DNA of 61,960 nt, the filler included, from Bdellovibrionota bacterium (GTDB taxonomy: Bacteria > Bdellovibrionota > Bdellovibrionia > Bdellovibrionales > JAEYZS01): NCBI GenBank assembly GCA_963169515.1. It is 3 parts of 3 records of this genome, joined end to end, with 100 filler letters (N's around TTAATTAATTAA, not from the genome) between each part and the next. Parts side by side here need not be neighbours in the genome. Positions count along the whole stretch, not along the records: positions 28,628 to 38,952 come from CAUJEF010000092.1; positions 39,053 to 61,960 come from CAUJEF010000095.1; 1 more part is not named here. One strand, written 5' to 3'. Both the position numbers and the translations under genes were made by a program. Position 1 is the stretch's first letter. Every line of letters starts with the position of its first letter. The notes beneath the pieces are model-generated. The model worked only from the letters and a program-made list of their open reading frames with translations, made no database searches and was not told the DNA's origin. Below, in pieces: positions 31,248 to 39,756 of the stretch.

Positions 31248-31385
31248 ATAGTTATTGTCACGATTTTTTTAGTAAATCTCAAGGAAGTCAGGGGTTTAGA
31301 GATAGAGTCTAGCCATAGGTCGGTCTAAACAATCCAGGCCACCATAAAACGATTGGTCCTAAGCGAATGTCTGCCCTTGAACCTG

Positions 31386-31418
31386 CTCAAAGTTTGGCCA
31401 TGGATGGCAAACTTTGAG
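31386..31418. repeat. Intergenic palindrome with GCCATGGATGGC core (REP-like)
   Basis: CTCAAAGTTT-g-GCCA-tgga-TGGC-AAACTTTGAG, a 14-bp stem with one bulge. Confidence 0.65.
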
Positions 31419-31485
31419 AGCCGGACGGCAAAATACTTGCTTTAAAATTGCCTCATGCACCCACTTACGCTAATTAAAACTACTT

Positions 31486-34434
31486 ATGTTTGAACAGTAT
31501 CAGTCACAGATCCAAGCAAAAGGCAAAAAAATTTTTGAACTGCTTGAGAACGAATCCCAAAGCATCTTTAACAAAGATTGGTGGTATGGGCGCATCATGG
31601 AGTGGTCCATGAAAAACGAAGACTTTAAAACAAAAATGTTTCATTTTGTCGACGTCCTACCCTATTTGAACACAAGCGATGAGGTCACCCGCCATCTAAA
31701 AGAATATTTCACCGACGCACGCACTGGGGAAATGCCAAAGGTATTTGGAATGGGTTTGGGACTGGGCAGTCTTGCCCCAGGGTTACTTGCCGGAGCTGTT
31801 AAAAAAAATGTCATGCAAATGGCAAAAATGTTTATCGCTGGCGAAAACGCCGAAGAAGCGCTTCCCGTTTTAAAGAAGGCACGGAAAAACGGAATTACTT
31901 TTACAGTAGATCTTTTGGGTGAAGTCACGTTGAGCGAAAAAGAAGCTCTATCGTATCAAAAACAGTATGTTGAATTGATTGATTGGCTTGCAAAAGATGC
32001 AAAAAGTTGGGACCCCATTCCTGCATTGGATTCGGATCATATAGGTGAAATTCCAAAAGTTAATGTTTCAGTAAAATTAAGCACGCTCTACTCACAAATC
32101 AGCATTGAATCATGGGACAAGACTGTTGCGGTGTTGAAAGATCGTTTGCGCACTATTTTAGAGATAGCAGTTCAAAACAAAGTATTCGTTAATATCGATA
32201 TGGAGCATTTCGATATTAAAAATCTCACACTGGAAGTATTCAAACAAATCATCGCGGAAGACCAGTTTAAAAGCTATCCACATTTTGGAATCGTAATCCA
32301 AGCCTACTTGCGCGATTCGCTGTCAGACATCCGGTCATTGATCGAGTTCGCAAAGCGCAGGGGAACTCCTTTTTCTGTTCGGCTCGTCAAAGGCGCTTAT
32401 TGGGATTACGAAACTATTATTTCTGAACAGCGAGGCTGGCCTTGCCCAGTTTACAAAAATAAAAAAGAATCTGACGCAAATTACGAAGAATGCTTAGATG
32501 AGCTTATAAAAAATTTTAAATTGGTAAAAACAGCGGTGGGTTCTCATAACGTACGTTCTGTTGCCGCAGCTCTTGTGTTTGCAGAACGCTACGGCGTTCC
32601 ACAAAACGGTTTGGAAATTCAGATGCTCTACGGTATGGCTGATCCAATCAAGCGAGCTCTGACAAGTATGGGTTTTCGTGTGCGCGAATATATCCCGGTG
32701 GGGGATCTGATTCCGGGGATGGCTTATCTGGTCCGCCGCCTTCTTGAAAACACTTCGAATGAATCTTTTTTACGTTCAAAGTTCGCCGAAAATACTTCGA
32801 CAGATGAATTATTGGCCCCCCCACATCACAACTTGGTAAAAACATCGGCATCACCATTGCAAAGCGAGTTTTTTTGTAATGAACCATTATTGGACTTCAA
32901 CAATCCGGCAAATCGTGAGCAGTTGGCTGATCAAATTCGAAAATGGCGTAGCACAAACCCAACTGTCGTTCGGCCTGTTATTGAAAATAAAGCGATTGAA
33001 TCGAAAAAGTTTATTGAAAGCGTAAACCCATCTCATCCAACAGAAATCGTTGGAAAGATCGGGCTTGCATCAATAGAGGACGCAGAAAAAGCCGTTCAAG
33101 TGGCACGAAGTAAATTTCCAGAATGGAAAGAACTTCCATTTGAAGAACGCGCCACCCTATTAGAAAAACTTGCAGACCAAATACGAAAAAATAGATTTTC
33201 ACTCACCGCCTTGGAAGTCGTTGAAGTTGGAAAACCATGGGTTGAAGCCGATGGGGACATCACAGAGGCTATCGATTTTTGTAAGTACTATGCACAAAAT
33301 ATGCGAACGCTTGGGAATGGTAAAAAAGTTGGATCGGTACCAGGAGAAGCCAGTTTGTACCATTACCAGCCCCGCGGTGTTGCAGTCGTAATTTCGCCAT
33401 GGAACTTCCCACTGGCAATTTTAGTAGGAATGACGGCCGCTGCGGCTGTAACCGGTAATACTGTCATAATGAAGCCTGCAGAGCAGAGCTCGGTTATTGG
33501 TTCGCTTTTAATGGATATGATTATAAAAGCTGGATTCCCACCAGGTGTTATCAATTTTCTGCCAGGCATGGGTGAAGAGGTGGGCGAATACCTCGTTAAT
33601 CATAAAGACACAGATCTAATCGCCTTTACCGGATCAAAAGATGTTGGTCTGCATATTTTGCAAAAAGCCTCAATCCTTCAACCCAAACAAAATCATGTAA
33701 AAAAATGTATCATTGAAATGGGTGGAAAAAACGCTGTCATCATTGATTCTGATGCAGATCTCGATGAAGCAGTCGATGGAGTATTATATTCTTCTTTTGG
33801 CTTCCAGGGCCAGAAATGTTCTGCCTGTAGCCGTGTGATAGTGCTTAAAGAAAATTATGATCGATTTCTAGCCCGTTTCCTAGAGGCTGCTCGAAGTATT
33901 ACCGTAGGGCCTGCTGAAAATCCCGCAACATACGTCGGACCTGTGATCGATAAAGAATCCCAGGAACGCGTTCTTGCAGCAATTCAACGCAACCAAACCA
34001 CTGCGAAAATTGCATATCAGGCAGAACGTCCCAGCGAAGGATATTTCGTCCCACCGACTATTTTTATTGATGTGGATCCTCTTTCTGAATTAGCCCAAAA
34101 AGAATTTTTCGCACCTGTCGTTGCAATTATCAAAGCTCGCGACCTCGATCATGCACTGGAAATTGCAAACGAAACTGATTATGCCCTTACGGGCGGAATT
34201 TATTCGCGAAGTCCCGCAAATGTTGAGTACGTGAAAAACAAATTTGAAGTTGGAAACCTCTATATCAACCGCGCAATAACAGGTGCGATGGTTGAACGCC
34301 ATCCATTTGGTGGCTTTAAATTGTCTGGTATTGGCAGTAAAGCTGGTGGGCCTGACTATTTGTTGCAATTCTTAGAACCCCGAAGCGTTGTTGAGAACAC
34401 TCTCCGTCGTGGATTTGCCCCTAAAGAAAACTAA
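31486..34434 (+). CDS. putA: Bifunctional proline dehydrogenase / P5C dehydrogenase (short PutA, no DNA-binding domain evident)
   Basis: VDLLGE, IDME, QAYL, RLVKGAYWD, VRRLLENTSNESF, ISPWNFP, EMGGKN, GQKCSAC. Confidence 0.97.
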   Translation: MFEQYQSQIQAKGKKIFELLENESQSIFNKDWWYGRIMEWSMKNEDFKTKMFHFVDVLPYLNTSDEVTRHLKEYFTDARTGEMPKVFGMGLGLGSLAPGLLAGAVKKNVMQMAKMFIAGENAEEALPVLKKARKNGITFTVDLLGEVTLSEKEALSYQKQYVELIDWLAKDAKSWDPIPALDSDHIGEIPKVNVSVKLSTLYSQISIESWDKTVAVLKDRLRTILEIAVQNKVFVNIDMEHFDIKNLTLEVFKQIIAEDQFKSYPHFGIVIQAYLRDSLSDIRSLIEFAKRRGTPFSVRLVKGAYWDYETIISEQRGWPCPVYKNKKESDANYEECLDELIKNFKLVKTAVGSHNVRSVAAALVFAERYGVPQNGLEIQMLYGMADPIKRALTSMGFRVREYIPVGDLIPGMAYLVRRLLENTSNESFLRSKFAENTSTDELLAPPHHNLVKTSASPLQSEFFCNEPLLDFNNPANREQLADQIRKWRSTNPTVVRPVIENKAIESKKFIESVNPSHPTEIVGKIGLASIEDAEKAVQVARSKFPEWKELPFEERATLLEKLADQIRKNRFSLTALEVVEVGKPWVEADGDITEAIDFCKYYAQNMRTLGNGKKVGSVPGEASLYHYQPRGVAVVISPWNFPLAILVGMTAAAAVTGNTVIMKPAEQSSVIGSLLMDMIIKAGFPPGVINFLPGMGEEVGEYLVNHKDTDLIAFTGSKDVGLHILQKASILQPKQNHVKKCIIEMGGKNAVIIDSDADLDEAVDGVLYSSFGFQGQKCSACSRVIVLKENYDRFLARFLEAARSITVGPAENPATYVGPVIDKESQERVLAAIQRNQTTAKIAYQAERPSEGYFVPPTIFIDVDPLSELAQKEFFAPVVAIIKARDLDHALEIANETDYALTGGIYSRSPANVEYVKNKFEVGNLYINRAITGAMVERHPFGGFKLSGIGSKAGGPDYLLQFLEPRSVVENTLRRGFAPKEN

Positions 34435-35331
34435 TCCTACCAGGCAACCAACAATCAGCCCCCCCAAGTGAGCCGCATGTGCGACCCCGCCTTCTTCCTT
34501 CAGATGACTAATATAACCGGTAAGATCTGATACAAACCAAATTGCCATTACGGCCCATGAAGGAAGATTTGCATAGCCTGTATATCCCTTAATCGGCAAT
34601 AACCAGAACATACAACGTGCGGTTTTTTTCCAATTTAAAACTAGAAACAGTCCCATAAGACCACTGATCGAACCGCTTGCCCCGACTAGCGGAATTGCAG
34701 TGTCACCCGATAAAAAAGTAAATGCCAGGGCAGAACCAACGCCTGCAAAAAGATAAAATATCAGCAAAGGCAGGCTACCTATTGCAAGCTCTACAAACGC
34801 TCCAAAAATTATCAAAAACCACATATTGCTCATCAGATGCAAAAAGCCACCATGTATAAACTGATAACTTAATGTGTTCATAAATGACGCCTGTGATCCG
34901 CCATAACCCAAAAGATATGAGACATCAGAACTTTGAATAGACCGAAGCTTTTTAAAGTGGGTTTTCCAATAGGCTACCTCGACCTCATCGCCCTCGTAAT
35001 TATCGGCGAGCGCGCTTTGCAGAAACTCTGCATCGCGAATGGCGATGCGGCCTAAAATTTCAAGTTGTCGCCTTTTCCCGGATAAGCCTGCCGCAGCCAT
35101 TTCGCTCAAGAACTTAGGCTGCGTATCTGTGTTTTTAATCACATACTGAGCAAATACAGTACCCTGTGAAATCACAAAGTTGTCGTTTTTCATGAGCTTA
35201 TCAAATTCCGCCTTATAAGACTCCTGATGTTGGGCAAAAATTATAAAAATAAAAAGATTTGATGCGAACAATACCCAGGTAACAGGGGTTTTTGCGAACG
35301 AATAAAATCCATTTAGAATTGGAATAATCAT
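34372..35331 (-). CDS. Rhomboid family intramembrane serine protease with large loop insertion
   Basis: HGGFLHLMSNMWFL, GASG (catalytic Ser), AHLGG (catalytic His). Confidence 0.9.
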   Translation of the reverse strand: MIIPILNGFYSFAKTPVTWVLFASNLFIFIIFAQHQESYKAEFDKLMKNDNFVISQGTVFAQYVIKNTDTQPKFLSEMAAAGLSGKRRQLEILGRIAIRDAEFLQSALADNYEGDEVEVAYWKTHFKKLRSIQSSDVSYLLGYGGSQASFMNTLSYQFIHGGFLHLMSNMWFLIIFGAFVELAIGSLPLLIFYLFAGVGSALAFTFLSGDTAIPLVGASGSISGLMGLFLVLNWKKTARCMFWLLPIKGYTGYANLPSWAVMAIWFVSDLTGYISHLKEEGGVAHAAHLGGLIVGCLVGLVFFRGKSTTESVLNNASGF

Positions 35332-37277
35332 TGGGTCCGTTTCATCTGCATAAGAATGTTATCAAATTCGTCGGTCGACGCGATAGATCGCCTAATCTCA
35401 TCAGCTAACCCCTTGGCTTCATCAACCTTGCCCCCTTTAAAAAGAGCCACGACAACGTCTCTCCGCAAAACAGAATCATACGGGTCGATTTCCAACAATT
35501 CTTTACCTACTTTTGCCGCTTCCATGTGCTGATTTAAATCAATGTATTTTTTAAAAATTCTTTGTCCCAGTCGAAGCCAGTACCAACTTCGCGTCTGTTC
35601 GCTCCGCCACTGTTTGGTGATCTCTTCAAGCTCATCAGACCGCGATATCAATTCTAAACTTTGCCGCCGAACCTCGTAAGCGAACTGTGGATCTGCATCC
35701 ACTTCCTTCAATAGATTTTCAAAGATCTGATTTGCTTCATATTTTTTTTTGTATTCCTTGGCCTGAAGCCCCTGGATATACAAATACAGATTTGGGTCTT
35801 CGATTTTTAGCTTTAATTGAGCCAGTGCCTTGCTGTAATCTGGCTGGCACTGGATAGATTTGATGTATGTGAGCACAGACGCCGCGTCCTCGGTATCTTC
35901 TGCAACATCTCCAGACCCCATTGCATCGTAAAATGCGCTGCAGCTTGCTGTCTTATACCCGCAAGCATCTTCCAATTCAGAATCGCACATCCATCTGGAA
36001 AAACTTTCCTGCTGGTCTGACGGAATTTCGTCGTAGACACCTAAAAATGCTTGGCGTGCCTCATCTTTCCGATGTGCTCCCCACAGTGCCACAGTCGCAT
36101 GACTTCCCAAATAACCTTTAAGAACCGAATTCGGCCACAGGCCTTCAATTGTTGCCAGCTCTTTTGAATAATCCTTATTCTTCTCTTGATGTTTAATCGC
36201 CCAAATTTTCACATAGGCCTTTTCACTTTTTTCGAGCTTTCTAAAAACTTCGGCCGCATCGTCCCACTTCTTCTCGGTCCACAACACTATAATTTTTGTC
36301 AATTCACATTCCTCGGATTGGGAATCAACTTCGCACACTTTGTGAAGATATCCGTCTGAAAGCGTGGAATCATCAGCTGTCGAAAACGCCTTGGCTAAAT
36401 AAGCAGAAACTAAGTTTTCCTTAAAATAGAAAGTTCTTCGGGCCTCGACATCCAAGCAGGCCTCATCAATTGCATCTGTCGCATAGAGCGCCAACGCGAT
36501 GTTAAGGCGCTGCTCTTTCACATCAGATGCCTGAGGCCAATTTTTTTGCGCTTCTGTAACCTCTTCACACGCAAAGTCAGATTCAGACAAGTAGCCAAAG
36601 AAATCGTTGAATGTCGAAAACTCCGTGACAAGCGATTTGATTTCAACAGCACATGCAATAAAAACTAAAGCAAGAAAGAAAGAGTACACGCTGTGAACCA
36701 AGGCACGCTCCTCACGCGAGGGCGCCATCCCCTGACGGTTGCTAATGGACACAACAACTGTGTCGTTTATCCGATCATGAAGAGATCGTCGCTGCGGATT
36801 TGACATAATTTCTAGAAACGGCAGTCCAAGCGGAATTACAGAAAACACCCATGAAACCGAGCGCAACAGAGCCTCTGTAAGTTTAGGATTTTGGGCAGTC
36901 CACATATTTACAACACGAATTTTAAATATCAATTTACCAATCGTTCCCCCACGCAGCCAAATCATCAATGTTTGATAAATAATGATTGAACAAAAAGTTA
37001 AAAGGATGATCCAGCAGTAATTAACAAGATAGGCCTTAACATCTTCATTTAGATCTGCATAATCAAGATTGCGCTTGAATGGAGCTGTGACAAGACTGAT
37101 GAATAAAACAAGAAACCCGCAGTCTACCAGAAAGGCCGCAGCACGATCAGGGAGACTCGCAAGACCTGCCGTCTTTTCTGGCTGGGACGACTGGATTTTC
37201 TCAAACTGATTATCAAGCACACTCATAGCAACCGTATCGGGAATATGGTACTGAAATTGTGGGCCTGTTTTAGACAA
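35328..37277 (-). CDS. RDD-domain membrane protein with Cys-rich helical/TPR-like extracytoplasmic domain
   Basis: RAAAFLVD, GGTIGKLIFKIRVV, RRSLHDRINDTVV. Alternative start at ATG 37226. Confidence 0.85.
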   Translation of the reverse strand: MSKTGPQFQYHIPDTVAMSVLDNQFEKIQSSQPEKTAGLASLPDRAAAFLVDCGFLVLFISLVTAPFKRNLDYADLNEDVKAYLVNYCWIILLTFCSIIIYQTLMIWLRGGTIGKLIFKIRVVNMWTAQNPKLTEALLRSVSWVFSVIPLGLPFLEIMSNPQRRSLHDRINDTVVVSISNRQGMAPSREERALVHSVYSFFLALVFIACAVEIKSLVTEFSTFNDFFGYLSESDFACEEVTEAQKNWPQASDVKEQRLNIALALYATDAIDEACLDVEARRTFYFKENLVSAYLAKAFSTADDSTLSDGYLHKVCEVDSQSEECELTKIIVLWTEKKWDDAAEVFRKLEKSEKAYVKIWAIKHQEKNKDYSKELATIEGLWPNSVLKGYLGSHATVALWGAHRKDEARQAFLGVYDEIPSDQQESFSRWMCDSELEDACGYKTASCSAFYDAMGSGDVAEDTEDAASVLTYIKSIQCQPDYSKALAQLKLKIEDPNLYLYIQGLQAKEYKKKYEANQIFENLLKEVDADPQFAYEVRRQSLELISRSDELEEITKQWRSEQTRSWYWLRLGQRIFKKYIDLNQHMEAAKVGKELLEIDPYDSVLRRDVVVALFKGGKVDEAKGLADEIRRSIASTDEFDNILMQMKRTQ

Positions 37278-37304
37278 AAAGGCAGCCGCATGGATGCTGT
37301 TACT

Positions 37305-37319
37305 GTCTCAATTTGAGAC
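37305..37319. promoter_or_regulatory. Palindromic operator GTCTCA-N3-TGAGAC
   Basis: Perfect 6-3-6 inverted repeat in a divergent intergenic region. Half-sites recur at other promoters. Confidence 0.55.
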
Positions 37320-37397
37320 GCATCTTCTTCAATCTGCAAATAAACAATCACATGTACAAAAGTTAACATTCCGTAACAGGTAAAACCGCCCGCAGTC

Positions 37398-37413
37398 GGG
37401 CACATAAATGGCA
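37398..37413 (+). promoter_or_regulatory. Sigma54-like promoter
   Basis: gGGCACataaatgGCa has GG-N10-GC spacing, 33 bp upstream of the ATG at 37446. Confidence 0.45.
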
Positions 37414-37445
37414 TATATATGAATTAAACTAATGAAGGGGTCATA

Positions 37446-38102
37446 ATGTCTTTATTCAACAAAGAAAACAAAAATGCCGACAAACAAGTAGATAATGTAT
37501 TGCAGTTTCGTAATTCTAACGGCTATAGGAGAGCCCGAATGAAGCTCGAGCTAAATCAAAAAAAAGTAGCCATCACGGCCTCTATAGTTTCCATTGCCTT
37601 TATCGTTGGCCTATTAAATCAACAGCTCTTAAAAACTCAAGGTGCAAGCCGCGGAATTGCATCCGTACAAGACTCATCATTGGTTGATATGTCTTGGCAA
37701 TATGATTTAGCCAAAAGATTAGCGAAAGAAACACGTCGTGATCTCGCAAGCCTAGGATCCCGTCCAAATGAAATGGACCAGTTGCGGTTCGGAGTTCTGG
37801 AGGGAAAATACGCACTTCATTTTGAACAAGGAGCCTTATCCCTGATTGAATTCTCTGAAAAAGATTCCGGCGAGCGCCCCAAATACATAGAAGACAAAGA
37901 AGCGTTTTTAAAAACTTACAAAGATTTATTTAAAGTAAGCTTCAAGGATGTAAAAAGAACCACATCTGAAATAACAAATGGAGATACCAAACAAGATACG
38001 TTTGAATTATTAGACGAATACGATAAGGTTCAAGCCCGCGCACAGTTTGTAAGTGATGAGTATGGCCGCGTGCTCTCCATGAAATTGAGTAAAATTGAGT
38101 AA
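37446..38102 (+). CDS. Hypothetical single-pass membrane protein
   Basis: AAGGGG RBS, one TM helix, RGIAS/RDLAS motifs. Confidence 0.7.
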   Translation: MSLFNKENKNADKQVDNVLQFRNSNGYRRARMKLELNQKKVAITASIVSIAFIVGLLNQQLLKTQGASRGIASVQDSSLVDMSWQYDLAKRLAKETRRDLASLGSRPNEMDQLRFGVLEGKYALHFEQGALSLIEFSEKDSGERPKYIEDKEAFLKTYKDLFKVSFKDVKRTTSEITNGDTKQDTFELLDEYDKVQARAQFVSDEYGRVLSMKLSKIE

Positions 38103-38207
38103 AATCGATTAAGGCGTATCGGAATGAGACGCTTTAGACTTTAGCCTTATTTTTAACCTATCTGTTCTAATACGATAAAATTGAGACAATCGGCTAGGAA
38201 AAAATGT

Positions 38208-38235
38208 CTCATCTATTCCCTCCATGTACCGATAA
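38208..38235 (+). promoter_or_regulatory. Sigma28-like promoter upstream of Fis-like gene
   Basis: -10 ACCGATAA at 38228-38235. Weak -35 overlapped by a GTCTCA half-site. Confidence 0.45.
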
Positions 38236-38239
38236 GAGT

Positions 38240-38385
38240 CATGTGTGGGGGGATTCCCATCTCAGTTTAGGAATATTATTTTCCAAGTTACCACAGAAGG
38301 ACTTGAGGTAGTTGGAATACTTCGATCTGCAACACAGATCGAGCATCTAACAAATGGTCACCTGGGGTGACTGAGGAGGTCGAAA
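38240..38385 (+). ncRNA. Candidate structured 5' leader / cis-regulatory RNA
   Basis: Stems TTCCAA..TACC/GGTA..TTGGAA, TCGATCTG/CAGATCGA and GTCACC/GGTGAC directly before the GAGGAGGT RBS. Confidence 0.35.
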
Positions 38386-38808
38386 ATGGGACGTTCACTT
38401 GTTATTGTCGTAAGTGATGACCCAACGGTAATTCAAAAAACCCAAGTAATGGGGACAGGTGGAAACGTATCTGTAAAGGTATATTCCCCTGAACAATGGA
38501 ATAACCATATGGAAGATAAAACCTTTAGAAGCCAACTGATGGGACAAGTTACAGGTTCATCTCTAACAGGTGCAACCGTATTGCCATTTCCAAGTCCCGC
38601 AAATGGGTCTGGTTCAAAAGATAAGCCCGTGTCCACTATCAATGATCTTGAGAGTATGGCAATTCGAAATGCAATCTTCGAATACAAAGGAAATCTAACA
38701 GAAGCAGCAAAGGCTCTTGGCATTGGTCGCGCTACACTTTATCGAAAGGTGAAGCAATACAACATCGACCCATCCCAAGCACGCAAGCGCGGTGTAAAAG
38801 CCGCCTAA
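38386..38808 (+). CDS. Fis-type HTH (HTH_8) transcriptional regulator without AAA+ domain
   Basis: LESMAIRNAIFEYKGNLTEAAKALGIGRATLYRKVKQYNI. Strong GAGGAGGT RBS. Confidence 0.9.
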   Translation: MGRSLVIVVSDDPTVIQKTQVMGTGGNVSVKVYSPEQWNNHMEDKTFRSQLMGQVTGSSLTGATVLPFPSPANGSGSKDKPVSTINDLESMAIRNAIFEYKGNLTEAAKALGIGRATLYRKVKQYNIDPSQARKRGVKAA

Positions 38809-38952
38809 GGGTGCCAGACACCAACCGTCCGTATGCCGGACGAAAATATTTATAAGCAAAAATAAAAGAGGAGCTTTTCAGCTCCTCTTTTATTTTTGAA
38901 TTTGGCTTCCATATCGTCCGGCATACGGACGGTTGGTGTCTGGCACCCTTAG
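38805..38952. repeat. Perfect 39-bp inverted repeat pair (REP/REPIN- or MITE-like) enclosing a terminator
   Basis: 38805-38843 CTAAGGGTGCCAGACACCAACCGTCCGTATGCCGGACGA is the exact reverse complement of 38914-38952. Confidence 0.85.
38857..38898. terminator. Bidirectional Rho-independent terminator
   Basis: 19-bp perfect stem CAAAAATAAAAGAGGAGCT/AGCTCCTCTTTTATTTTTG with a TTTC loop. Confidence 0.9.
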
Positions 38953-39052
38953 NNNNNNNNNNNNNNNNNNNNNNNNNNNNNNNNNNNNNNNNNNNNTTAA
39001 TTAATTAANNNNNNNNNNNNNNNNNNNNNNNNNNNNNNNNNNNNNNNNNNNN
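38953..39052. other. Artificial contig-join spacer
   Basis: N44 + TTAATTAATTAA + N44. Confidence 0.97.
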
Positions 39053-39690
39053 GTTTTTGCTTCTGCTTTTTGAGTAACCACAATGCCTTTGCTCAAGCTG
39101 TCATCGTAAGCTTTAAATGCACCATACGTGGTTGAAAGTAAGAAAAGCGCGGCCCAAACGAAAACAAAATTGCTTATTGGAGGAGGCGTCACCTTTTCAG
39201 CGGCGGCCTGTCTGCGAGCAACAAGGCTGCTAAAAAGGCCGCGCCAGAATAAAAAAAGTGTGATTAAACAGAAAAAAAAGACGAGGTGTATTGATGTGTA
39301 GGGCAATATTTTATATTGCATTATATCAAAAACAGTATCCAGGTCTGGTTCTTCAGGCCGAGGACTGAGTTTTTCCTTTGCGTATTCAACTGCTGTACGG
39401 GCTTCTTTAAGCTCCGGATCGATATTCAACGCCCTGCTCCAAAGCCCAAGGGCTCGACCTATGTTGCCAAGCTTATATTCTGCCAGACCAAGGTTATATA
39501 GGATAAAACTATTGTTGTTGTTTGTCTCAAGCAACTTTAAGAACAGCTCTTTCGCCAGCTCGAATTGGCCGCCTTGGAAGGCTTTAAAGGCTGGATCTAG
39601 CTGTTCGGTTAGGGGCTGGGCAAACGTAGAAATACCAATGAGGTTTGTTACAAAAAACAAAAATATTATTTTCAATACAGGCCTCATCAT
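39053..39690 (-). CDS. BatE-like TPR protein, 3'-truncated at contig edge
   Basis: Signal peptide, TPR (LYNLGLAEYKLGNIGRA), 2 TM helices, then GIVV where an SH3-like domain usually starts. Confidence 0.65.
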
Positions 39691-39756
39691 TTTGGTATTT
39701 TAAGAGCATTATTAAAGAGTTCAACCGTTTAATTTTTTTACTTACAAAGGAAGGCT

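Noticed and set aside
34372..34434. 63-bp convergent overlap of putA and rhomboid
   Set aside because: Most simply a stop-codon drift adding a short tail to the rhomboid. Both catalytic cores are intact.
38241..38270. 9-codon ORF MCGGIPISV in the Fis-like leader
   Set aside because: Too short and has no SD or attenuator-type codon bias. It cannot be supported without Ribo-seq.
39001..39052. Apparent C-terminus and stop of ORF 39001-39690
   Set aside because: It reads through Ns and stops in the linker. The gene is simply truncated.
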